64,000 bases of DNA from Basidiobolus meristosporus CBS 931.73 (lineage: Eukaryota; Fungi; Basidiobolomycota), in the NCBI GenBank assembly GCA_002104905.1, contig MCFE01000181.1, positions 62,001-126,000 of the forward strand. Direction: 5' to 3'. A model generated the notes under the pieces. It ran no database searches. It was given only the letters and a program-made list of their open reading frames with translations, and was not told where the DNA came from. How positions within the stretch are numbered: position 1 is the stretch's first letter; each line of letters opens with the position of its first letter. The position numbers and the translations under genes were made by a program. This document shows, one piece after another, positions 1-11,948 of the stretch.

Positions 1-1502
1 GGATTCTAGTCGTCGCTTCGAAATGATAGTGCAAGATTCCTTTCTTTAAGTTCACTTCAAACTCGACTTCGACCGGATAAACATTCATGCATGTGTTTGA
101 AGTACTCTATATAAACACGAAACACGAAACCCGAAACCAGATCTTACCTGAAATGTTGCCCGACAGTAAGGACAGGGCATTTTAGCAATCCGTTCGAGTA
201 TTGTAATTCCAGCATTTCGTAAATTTCAATTCCCAGAATGCACCTTGCACCTAGGCATGATGACTCCACCAACCAACCAATCATTTAGCGCTGTGGTTGG
301 TGTGACTGTTCTGAAGTGTAGGGGCAATAACCGGTGGGGAGTGGCCTCCCGTTCAACAAAGGAATGTCATGTAACTTCTAAATCCGGCCGAAGTGATCGA
401 ACAAAAATAGAAGTCTAATGATTATACTAGGAAGCCTTTCAAACGTCAAGTATGATTTTGATTTCGTTCTTGGCAGCCGCTAATCATTCCTCAGGTCGCC
501 CGCATATCATGCTCTTTCAAAGGCAGGTGGAAGACGCAGCGCACAGAATTACTGGATCTCAGCAATCCCATGACATCGCCGACAAGAAGACGTTGTCTCA
601 CCTCCATCTTTTGGCATTTCACCTGCCCGATATCGGCACAGCACTGAGTACCGACCTGACGGTTCGGAATTTGGGAATGATTAGGGGTTGGCGCCGCAGT
701 CAGATGACCAGGAGATGGAGGGAAAGCATGGGATTCATTGTGGGCGTTTCATCGCATATCTGTTCGATGATCTATACTGTGGAAGTAGCCCTAGTGTGAT
801 GCATCCGTAAAATATCGCTGCTATCACATCAAATCAAATCCCCCTATTTGGTCTTTCATGTTTGCGAATACTGCAGGATTAAACTTCATTTGTGTTTGTA
901 TGCTCCTGAGCGTTTCGTTTACCACCAGCTTCCCTTACTCGTACACAACAACCCATTGTCTGAGATGACACAGTACGGATTAGCTAATCCTCTCCCCACA
1001 ATTGCCATTCTGGTATCAGCGCAGTTGCATGGTTAGTCCAGCCAGACCACAACCAACGTCCAATTCGAAATGTATCTAATATGAGTTGGGCCATGAATGC
1101 GATGGCTAGTTGATGTGCGGGCACTTGGCTTTTTGAAAATCTAAAAATACCTGAATCTTGATGGGCTATGGTCAACAGATGCAAAATCTGATCAACTGAA
1201 TACTGGAATACAGTACTCTTACTGGGCTTAACGTCCATATTTGCATCAGGAATATCTATTATGACAAACAGTGGTAGTACCTGTTTCGCAGATTTCCATA
1301 TATGTAGAAGCCATTCAAAACGTTACCCAACACGGGCCCAGGCTATAGTCTTATAAATCACACACTTCATCTAGCTGCTAACCTGTCTGTACACAAATCC
1401 ACTCTTCTCCTGTATTCAGGCGATACATTTAAATATCCACCCTCACTTGGCTGATAATCAAACTCTTTTCGCATCAACTCTGCCCACAAGAACCACCCAC
1501 TG

Positions 1503-2257
1503 ATGAAGAATACGAAAGGGTTCATTAACCTTGGACTGCATTCTGGCGCAGTAACTGGCAATCTAGGACTGGTAAAATTTGCCTTGGATCATGGCCAGGC
1601 GATCAATTCTGTTATCAAGGGGATTCTTCCCATACATGCTGCATGTTGTAGCGGCAACGTTATCGTTGTTGAATATCTTATTCACAGAGGGGCCGATGTG
1701 AATATCCCAAGGTAGGGAGTCTCTCCACGTGGCTATGGATCTACTGATACTTACCAATGCTCCGTTCTAGCTGCTCGAAAGCATACACCGGTCACATGGA
1801 TGGAATAAAAAAGGACAATTACCTGGGGTTTTCTGCGCTCCACTACGCAGTCGCTAATGGGGATGTTCGCATGGTGGAATTACTACTCCACCATGGAGCC
1901 ATAGTGGACAACCCCGACAAATATGGCACCACTCCGCTCACCATTGCCGTAGCTAAACAGTATCTTAGCCTCGCAATTTTACTTCAAAAGCATCAGCACT
2001 TCCAAAGCCAGAGAGCACGCCAAGTCTCCTCGACAGATCTCGCCAAAGCCCTAACCGAAGAGCAGCCCATCTCCTTTACACCCTCGTCCGATCTCAAGAC
2101 CTCCAAAAGACCAACTCACCGCCTTACTAGATGTACCAGCTTGCCGAACATATTCAATGGAATACGGCGTTTGTCCAACACCGGCATAAAGCCCTCGCAG
2201 CTTCGCAAATCGTGGGAATCGCCCAACCCCAACGTGATCACCGCAAGTCAGACCTGA
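1503..2257 (+). CDS. Ankyrin-repeat protein, 2 exons (1503-1711, 1771-2257), ~231 aa
   Basis: Ankyrin repeats LHSGAVTGNLGLVKFALDHG, PIHAACCSGNVIVVEYLIHRGADVN, ALHYAVANGDVRMVELLLHHGA and TPLTIAV. A GT..CTAG intron at 1712-1770 joins the two ORFs in frame. The C-terminal tail is S/T/P-rich. An upstream exon cannot be excluded. Confidence 0.85.
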
Positions 2258-5200
2258 GGTCCCATGCAAATTCAATGTACTTTTTACGAACATACAATCA
2301 TGTAAAAACCTTCCCCGAGCTTCATCTCCATGTCGATAACACCCCCGATCCCGATGAGTATATCAGTATTTCTCAGTGCTTTTCCATGTATATACTCCAC
2401 ATCCCGCTTTGTAACTATTGATATTCGCCATCGATAAAAACGCCCCTATTGGAACGTAGCACTAAAGCCCATCAGAGGTGACCACTCACAGATCCGTATC
2501 GTGTCAGTAGCATACAGCATTAGCCCGCCGTGATCACTCGATCCCAGGCGCTGTCGTTTGACTGGTTTTGTGTGTTATTCAGATACAAATGTGAAGGCGC
2601 GTTGAAACCGCCCAAAACATACTCCTCCTGGCTGATCATTCAGCAGTTTAGGGAGGATGGTTGTAAGAGACTAGTAAAAACAACATTGCAGCACTGGCAT
2701 ATTCGTACCAGCTCTACGTGGCACCAACGGACTCAACATTGAGTCTAGGTCTCCTTGGACAACAAGTTCATGTATGGAATCACTTGTCCAATGCGAGAGG
2801 GGTGATTCGTGGGGACAATAGGGGATTACCAAACCCTTGGGATTAACCGGCCTTCAAGCCAAAATGTCAGTCCTAATAGGCAACCACGCTATGATGGCTG
2901 AGCTCACGGTGATCCTATGCATTTCTATTCAACAGTGAGTTGGCTGTATTGGTTGATGCACTACCATTAAGGAAGCGCTAGAGCAGACACTCCCTCATCT
3001 AAACCTATACTAGTGAATGAGCCACACATTCGATTCATGCGAGAAGGGGTAAGGAGGCGATGCTATTCTAGTAATAGCACCAACGCTAGGGTGCCCCTTA
3101 TTACAGATATTTACTGAGGTGTCAGAATGACATGGATTTGAGTGAGACTTGCCATTTAGAGTCCTCAAACCTTCGAAGAACGGGGATGTACAAGCAGCAT
3201 TGGTCGTGGCGCTCTTTCTCCAACTTAGTTATTTTTTACGGACACCTCCGAATCCAGTTTTGAACTTGTATATCGAATATCTGAGTAACTTCTAAACAAA
3301 CAGCGCACAGCATTAGCCTGCAGATTGAGTATCCTCAAACCATATCAGTTCACAATTCCCAAACAACACTTATCTGTGAAATGCATCTATCTATATCAAT
3401 CCATTGAGTAGGTGTAGGTTTCAACTCGTACGGGTACATGGCAAGGGGAAACGCTCTCACCCTTAGTTGTTGCTCAATACAAGCATCAAGTTGGATACGG
3501 ATATATACATAACTGAAAACCATGGTTTCGTCAAGAATCAACGTATATTTATATAGGGTAGACTATTGCCCTGCTATTTTAAAGATTAGGTTTCGGTTCA
3601 CAGCGTGGAGTCGCGGAAGAAGCAAACCCACGGAAATTGTCGTAGATCGATGTGATATAACCCTAGTTTATTTGGGCGGGATGGATTATTCAGAGAGTGG
3701 TGCTCATTGGGTCTCGCGTGTTGATACCACCAAGGGTTATCCAGAGATTGATAAGTGAAAGTTGCTGGTGATACAATGGGATTTGAATGTGAAGATGGTA
3801 ACAGAAACTGAATGTTGGGAAATGGAATTCCACTTGATTGGTTAACCACTTGGCCATTTTGGATGGCTGAAAATTCGTAACGATATATTCCGACTGCACA
3901 GGAATACTTATTCTGATTTTCATGAGACTTATTCTGCCCAGGTTCCGGAAGAGGTACCAAGATACATGATGGCGTATTGCCAATTCTTTTGGAAATCGCG
4001 GAATTTCACGATTTTTGTAGTGTAATGCGTATCCAAGGACGGCTTACGCCACCATACATATACAGGATTGAAAGAGATTCGTATTATGAAGTTGAATGCC
4101 CATCGATGGCTTGGGCACTGCTTTAGTGTGCCTCAAGAGTGGGGGAAAGTCGGGTAGCTTTCAGTAGCCACGGAAAACCTATTACAGCCTAGGGTTCTGG
4201 GGATAAGTATTCCAAAACATTCCACGAACCAGCCCAGGACGTTTCAACCTATTAGATCGGCTGTTGCTTGATAAACAAGCTATCAATCCGGAATACACAA
4301 GCGAAGTGCTATGGCAACCACCAGATAAACGGGTTGAGCCCTTGCCATGATTAGGAGAATGTGTATGCTACGTACTGAACGGGATTTTTAGGTACAACCA
4401 TTGCATTTAGAGTGTAAGGTGTATCGGTAACATGCTTGCTGGATGGTACCCGGTCGCAAAGAAACGGATTCCACGGCCAGAGTCAGCCATGATTACGATT
4501 GGCTCTTCAGCCAGCAGGCCATGGCCCTGAGCCATTGGTGAGCAACCCAGCGACATGGGAACTTTGCAGGATTGATTAATGCAAATAGTATTGGATTCTT
4601 CTAGATGTGCACCCTGATCAATAATAGAATTTTCAGAGCTGGTGGAATCAGTCTCTGCGTTAAGGGAGGAGTTGTAGATGACGGGGCATGGATTTCCCTC
4701 TAAGCCATGAGGTTCCCAAGAATATTATTGTCGCGAAAACCAACGGCAACAAATGGAAATTCACATGGGACAACTTATGAAATAGGAACTAGGTGTCATG
4801 AATTTTTATTCAACTTATAGTAGCACCCCGAGGATAACCGATATGGTTGGGAAAGAGCCTGAATTCATATTATCACCTAATATTTCTATAGGGAATGGGC
4901 TGGCTAAAATTGGTATATGGATTGGCATCTGATGAAAAAGGCTTTCTCACAGGTGCCAGATTGAAAGGGAAGGTGTATTAGTGGATTTCAGTTTCCAACA
5001 TGTTGCACGTTGTCTTGCCATATTCAACCATCCACTGCTGCCGCGCACCCAAATCATCATCTACCGCTTTATCACCGCAAATCTCGAAGTGATCGATCGG
5101 CCTTTTGAGTTGGTAAACTTCCAAAAAGAACATGGCTTTATCCGGCTCACCATGCCAAGCTAGCGTCACAGCAAGCGATAGCGTTAGCTTACTGCCAAGC

Positions 5201-5713
5201 GGTCATATCCATTGAAAAGGCTGGGTCAGGGGACTTTGCCTTCGGCACCAGATTCATGGTCAGTAAACTCAAACCGTTGCAAGCGTCGCAGTTCCATGGA
5301 GTCATCGAGACTGCGCCAGATTTTCGGTTGAATATGGAAATGACCAAGACAGCGTCCATAGATAAGTCCAGTATCTGACCAGATCGAAACGGAGGGCTCA
5401 AAAAGGGAATTGAATTCCCGATGTTGACCATATTGTTAATAGTAATTTTATTTACTATTATGTTGCGCATAATTTGTGGGGTTTTCAGAGTATAAACACC
5501 GAAAACATCCTCGCTGGCATTGAAATTTAGTTAATCAGGCTGGTGAGCAAACACGGTGCTTATTAATTTGGTAAAAACAATAGCGGTTTGCGGTTTCCAC
5601 TTCGGTTTCCATATACCATCTGTGGTATTGTTGCGGTATATATATCCCGGCTTCAGTACGTGCAACCCTTACTTCAATTATTCCACCATTCTTCACCACA
5701 TTGAAGCCCAATC

Positions 5714-6756
5714 ATGAAGACGGCCGATTGCGATATCTTGCTGGAAAAATCTGCACTAGTATTGCATGGATGTGCTTCTGAGGCTGCCGGTGCAGCGCTG
5801 AGAGGCGTCCTTGTTTTGAGACTGAAGAAAGAAACCAAAGTCAAGTCCATCCGACTGCAACTGGAGGGCCGGGTTCAGATCGCGTGGGAGTCGGGTAAGA
5901 GCCTGTCTAGTCAACTTTGATTGATTCATGCAATTGACGTTTTGGAAAAGACAGAATCTACACCGTTGATGAAACGGTGATCGATAATGTGTTGACGATC
6001 ATTCGCCCAAATACCGGTTGCGTTTTACCCAAGGGAAACACGGTGTACGAGTTTGAATTTCGGTTTCCAGGGGACCTTCCGGAAACCGTGTTCACACCTT
6101 GCGGTCAGATCAAGTATCACATCAATGCAGTTATCGAGCGACCCCATATATTCCGAGATATCTACATTCAAAAGCCCATACTAGTCAGGAGGCAGCCGTA
6201 CTTGATTAATTCAGATACCATCGACGACTCGCTCAACATTTCCCAGATCTACAAAAACGCAGCCAACGTACAGATCCAAGCCCCTACGAGGAGCTACATG
6301 TTTGGAGAGACCATACCACTCCACATCACCTTGTCCTATCTAATGGGAAACGTGTCGATATGTCGGATCGCCCTTAGACTGGTGCAGACCATGGTCTTAG
6401 GGATCCCTGGGACTTCTGGCACCAAGAAGCTCCAGCAGTGGAGAGAGATCAGCAACAACGCTGTCAGCTGCAATGAATTTATCTTCAACACTCGCCTGCC
6501 AGAAGACATTTTCCAGCCAGCTTGCTCCACAAAGTATATCGAGACAACCCATGAGGCCATACTCATCATCAGTTTTACCATCAATGGGAAGGTCGAGTGC
6601 GGCTATGTTACCTTTGGTATAAATCTTACTTGTAAGCGGGAAGAGGATGAAAGTCTGCCTACATATACGCCAGTCAAAGCCGAAGACGCCTCCCCAAAGC
6701 TGCCCTCTTACACGGAGGTTACAATTTGCACGAATCAAGGCTTGTCCTTACGCTAA
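5714..6756 (+). CDS. Alpha-arrestin (arrestin-related trafficking adaptor), exons 5714-5894 and 5951-6756, ~328 aa
   Basis: Arrestin_N-like LRGVLVLRLKKETKVKSIRLQLEG and YEFEFRFPGDLPETVFTPCGQIKYHINAVIER. Arrestin_C-like FGETIPLHITL. C-terminal LPTY and LPSY (PY-type) motifs. Intron GTAAGA..AAG at 5895-5950 keeps the frame. Confidence 0.85.
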
Positions 6757-7027
6757 ACTGGTGCATGGTGCATTTATGCAACAATACACCAGATCAGAGG
6801 ATGTGTAGCCACATAGAATATAAACAAAGAATAATCATGATGCATAGCTTATTTGTGTATCTGTTGTAAATTCAATCCACTTGATCTCCCATGTAAATAA
6901 AATCAATTCAAGATCTTCAAAGCTGATGGAAAATCACTCCTCATGACTCCAGGCAGAATCTAAACAAGGATCGTTGAAGTTACACGGTTTGGTTCAATCG
7001 ATTAGGTGGTTGCCTAATGAGTTAGCG

Positions 7028-10000
7028 ATGCCAAAGCGGCCTTCTGATTCATCTAAAGATGACCTAGTCAATACCCTCTCTTCCCACGACCAAAGCGATC
7101 GTCGTACCAAGCGAGAGGACAAGAAAAGCCCCAGTACAGAAATCTCCGACCTACCACCTCAATTAATTGTGCTGAGCATACTTTTCGAACAACTTTGTAC
7201 GATTGTGACTTTCTTTAACGTAAAGCAGCCTGAAACACCATGCACTCTCGAGATCGTTAAAAGTTCCATGGACAAAGTTGTTGCTGAACTGAGCATTCGC
7301 TACGCATTGGAAGAAACCGATTTCAATGAAAGGCATCTAGCTTCTATGAAAGGGATCTCACCCGAGAGCCTGACCGTTTCATACAGCGTTTCGGAGCCAA
7401 TCTCAAATGCTCTTCCGGCTGCCACAGCTCCGAGAGGTTTGTTCAAGTACAAGACCGTTACAACTTTCATGCTTGGGCTAAAAGCTTATTCCTCCAAGGT
7501 GACCGCAGAGGCAATAAAAGATATACCTTGAGCATTTGTCTACAAAATACCAAAAAGAAACAACCGAAAACTCTCAAAGCAGTCAAAACAATCCGGGAGA
7601 TTATCAATCAACGTAATGCAAAATTTAAAGAGAACCTATTGGCATTTTTCAAGCATATATCTTCTTCCGTACTGGTATGTCCTTTCGAGCATGGTTCTAG
7701 TTGCCCTCAAGAAGTAACCCTTAGAGTTTTGGTAAGGCGGTTGACTCGGATATTATTGCGGAAGTTTTGGAAGCTCTCATAATCGAGTATTTACCATGTT
7801 TTCCCGAAGAAGTAGTTGTTGAGGAGCTGGAGGAAGAGGTAGAAGCCGTTTTCCCTAGCATCGAAAGGCTTGTCAACTCTGTAGTTGCCAAGCCAGACTT
7901 CTTGGCAGAGCAAGTGTTGCATAAGGAGGTGGTACCAGCTAGAGATCCGGTGTTCGGTATATTGTAGACTACGTAATAATATCTGCTCTCTGCCTAACAA
8001 ATATTGGGATAGAGAATCTGCCCGTTATCCAGACGCATCAGCAGGTTAAGGAGGCATTGAAAGAGGTGCTGGGAATAGAGCATTTGTATTCACATCAGTC
8101 AGAGGCTATACAGGACGTCTTTCAAGGAAAGCATGTAGCGGTGTCGACATCCACTTCAAGGTAATAAGCTCAATTGTGTTTGAAGGTCAGGGAAGTAAGG
8201 CTAATCACGCAACCCACTCAGTGGTAAATCATTAATATTCCATGTGCCTATATTGTCTACACTGCTTGAAAACCCTTCCCTCCGCGCACTATACATATTC
8301 CCCAACAAAGCCTTGGCACAAGATCAACTTCGCAATTTAAACATGCTGCTCAGTTGTTCTGAGGAGCTTCAGCATATTAAGGTATGCCGGTTTGACAAAT
8401 CAGAGCCGAACTTGTTCTCAAACCACGAGATTTCCTATTAAGGCATCCACCTACGACGGAGACACAGACCCGGCAATTCGCGCAAAGATTCGAGATGACT
8501 GTCAAATTCTTTTCACCAACCCCGACATGTTACACTCCAGCATACTACCCTTTCATCGTCAATTTTGGGACCAATTCCTCATGAATCTTCGATTTGTGGT
8601 CATCGATGAGATCCATACTTATTTCTTGGGTGACGATGCAGAGCATAATGATCGGTTGGCTGAGGCTACTTGGCGGCGAAGTTTCTTTGGTGTTCATGTG
8701 AGCTGTGTTTTAAGGCGACTTAGACGACTCTGTGATGTAGCATATGGAAATCACTCGGTCCAGTTTTTATGTGCTTCTGCAACCATAGGTACATCTAATA
8801 ATAATAACCATGAAGTTATCCTTGCTGACGCAGCTTCCAGACGATCCCCTTGGGCAGTTACGGTTTCTCTGCGGGTTCGATGACAAATACCCTCCCACGA
8901 AACATCATCCCGAATTATTTGCTAGCACAGATTATAGGCCGACGGGCCTCTCTGTTGTTTGCACAGATGGTTCGCCCTGCGGAAAAAAGCACTACGTAAT
9001 ATGGCAGTCCAATATTAGGGATATTGAGTCGGCCGAGAACAAGAAGCGGCTGAATCTGCTGAAGAAATATGAAAAGTACAACAAGCCGCTGTTCGATGTC
9101 ACCTCGCTCTTTGTCACTAGTATTAGTCACAAATTCCGAACCGTCCTTTTCTGCAAGGTTTGTTAAGCCTAATACTGCCAAGAATCTCCCATACTAATCG
9201 CCAAAAGTAGACACGTAATATTTGTGAACAGGTGATGAACGCTGTAGTCACTCGATTGCAGAAATCCGGCGCGCACAATCTAAAAGACAGGATTAGTTCT
9301 TATCGTGGAGGATACCTACAGCAGGAACGTCGAGAGATTGAGAGAAGGCTCTTCCAAGGGGACCTGTTGGGTAATGTTCAGATATAGTTCCGCACTCTTT
9401 GATAGCCCACGTCTGACTTTTACCCAGGGGTCATAACAACCAACGCGCTTGAGCTTGGTCTTGATATTGGGTCGATTGACGTGGTGATTCATTACGGATT
9501 TCCTGATTCTTATCAGACTATGATCACTGATGATGGGAGGGTCACAAGCAATATGTTCTCTTCGTACTTTCAACAAGCCGGCCGCTGCGGCAGACGCCAG
9601 CAGGAGTCTCTCTCTCTACTGGTTCTTGATGGTAGTAGGCGTGATGAATGGCTTGTGAATCATGTTGATACCGTTTTCTCAATACTGCGAGGAGAGCACC
9701 TGGAGGATGGAGAGAAGCAGGGTGTTGATGGCACTTGCGATACTGACAATTACTTTCGACTCGAGAAATTCCGTGGCATTGTCGAACGGCATCTGCAGTG
9801 TGCCGCGCATGAGCAAGTATTCGTACTCGAAAGGGATGCCTCCTACTTTGGCGGCCGTCGTCAGCAAGAGTCTTCAAACCAGTGCTGGCTGGGGAGTCTT
9901 CTAGATACTCACCTTCCATCGTACGAAGATGCATCGGATTCAGAAAATGTCATCAAATATTATCGACCAAATGCGCAATATCTGCCATATCCAGCGAACA

Positions 10001-11179
10001 CGTTCTCCCTGAGAACGGATATTCATGGAGACGTCTTAAACGAATGGAGCATCCTGACTACAGCCGGTGTCTTACTCGAGAATATGGACCACTACCGAGC
10101 ATTGTGTACTGTCTATCCTAAAGCCTACTTCTATAGGCGGGGGATTGTTTACGTAATCCTGAAGTGGGACATTGGCGGCAGAAATATCATAGCACAGGAA
10201 ATTCCACACCCTGATAAAAGTGGGCTGTTGAATACCAATTTTCCCCACACTGCGTGGTCAGCCGCACAAGGAAAGGTCAATCAATGTAGAACCTTCAAAG
10301 GGACAATCGACTTGAAGCAATGCCTCGGAAGCATGCGGGGTATAGTACCAATATAACAGGTATTCAACCAAATATTTTATTCACATTATGCGTAGTCTCT
10401 TTCAGCGTAGATGGGCTGAGCCAGCGTGATTCTAAACAGCCGGAGAAACTGCATAGATTCACATACTCGAGACAGGAGAAGCCTCCTCCCGTCGATTTCG
10501 ATACATATGGATGCTGGATGAATAGTAAGTGCAGTCAATCCTTCCGTTCAAGTGTCGATTCTAAGCCATTTTCAGTACCCGAGGTATTGGTCAATTATGC
10601 AATCGATAGGGCCTCGGCTTCGACGACCGAACCCATTACAAGGAGTAGCGTTGTAAGAATTGTAAGCGTATTGAACCATTGCTTATTGCATTATAGTCGC
10701 ACTATGCTTCAAGGGAAGGGGATTGCTATTGATCAATGGTCATTGAAAACAGAATGTACTGACCCAGAAGAGGCGGGTGGAAGGTCGTTAAGGTATGTAC
10801 TGGCGAGCCTTGTAGGCTGAATCTCATGCTCACCCGGTTTGAAAGACTTGTGATATTAGATGCGACCGAATTACGTCAACCTTCCCTTCCGCTCTCTCAA
10901 GCGAACCGCAGTATAATTCAGGGTCGCATCCCTTCTGCTACCCCCATTCCTTCCTATCTTCAGTTGTGCTATCAGCTATTCAGAGATTTGATGGAGGAAA
11001 CTCTGGTAGCATGCTCTTCAGATGTTGCTCCAAAATGGGATACTTGTGGAGCGGGGTGCTATCTACGCCATCAAAGAAACCCTCCAACTAATTCGGAACG
11101 TACGGAAGCTGATATAGCCATCGCCAAGGCTTTTCAGAAGCTGCTTTTGACTCCCTCACAAGAGGAATATCGTCCATGA
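7028..11179 (+). CDS. HRQ1: Hrq1/RecQ4-like DEAH-box helicase with C-terminal DUF1998 (MZB)-like region, multi-exon
   Basis: Motifs LYSHQSEA, STSTSSGKS (split by an intron), ALYIFPNKALAQDQ, TYDGDT, LFTNPDMLH, VVIDEIHTY, CASATI, SYRGGY, TTNALELGLDIGSIDVVIHYGFP and QQAGRCGRR. Several short GT-AG introns join the fragments (e.g. 7499-7557 and introns near 8.79, 9.16, 10.34, 10.52 and 10.79 kb). Exact exon set not fully resolved. Confidence 0.85.
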
Positions 11180-11549
11180 CCCTTCGCACCCTGGTTAGCG
11201 AACTAGATTCCTCTGGGTTTTTATACTAAAATATTTTGTTGACGCAACAGTTACAGCCAATTTAAACAAATCATCTAGTTTATTAACACTTGATAAGCCA
11301 AGATGTAGAAGTGGACTATTGACTTTGCATGATTGACTATGCCAACCCCACCAGGCTTGTATTTATGTAGGTACAGGGAAGCACAATGGAATGGTGAAAC
11401 CAATAAAACTTAGAGCTGGAATCAGTAGCATTTCTTTGCTGATACTCTCCCAACAGTTTTGTGGTGGAATTCCCTTAGATTTAATGCCATACTGTTTGGA
11501 CTGTTCAGATGATTCTGAGAAGACTTACAATTAGGCTTTCAGATTTGCA

Positions 11550-11948
11550 CATGATATTGGCTCTGAAGCTAAGCCTATTCAAAGTGTACATAAATTGTGC
11601 CTACACATATAAAAGATTAAATGATAACTCACCATAGTAAGCATTACAGACAAAGCTGTGGTACCATGTATACACATATATGTAACACTATCCCCTTTGG
11701 TTTGACTCACTTCCATACATATACCACTAAAAAAAAGTAAAGTTGTCTGGTTCCCTACCAAACACCACTACTGACAACAGCTGAAGAACAGGTGGACTAC
11801 AGCTTACTTTGGCATGCCATGTTACAAGCAGGGCTGCATCTAAAAAGGCCATGTGGACAGTCTGCTCACCAAAGATAATAATGTGGACTCCTCAGACTCT
11901 CAGGCAGGTGGGCAATGAGACAATCTGTGGAGCTGCAAGCTGAGCATA
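11550..11948 (+). mobile_element. CMC/EnSpm family fragment (copy 0): intergenic region plus 5' part of ORF-B, cut by copy 1
   Basis: Diverged match to the intergenic/ORF-B start of the other copies (e.g. 19560-19900). Ends exactly at the CCCTATG at 11949. Confidence 0.75.

Noticed and set aside
108-138. TATAAACACGAAACACGAAACCCGAAAC repeat, with a similar TATAAACACCGAAA at ~5491
   Set aside because: Could be promoter elements (forkhead-like TAAACA), but the match is too short to distinguish from chance.
140-370. Minus-strand stop-free stretch of ~70 codons ending at a CAG|GTAAGA donor
   Set aside because: Possibly an exon of a gene running off the left edge, but there is no recognisable homology or acceptor to support a call.
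452-1238. ORFs 452-799, 848-1036 and 984-1238
   Set aside because: Short, overlapping on opposite strands, and without recognisable motifs.
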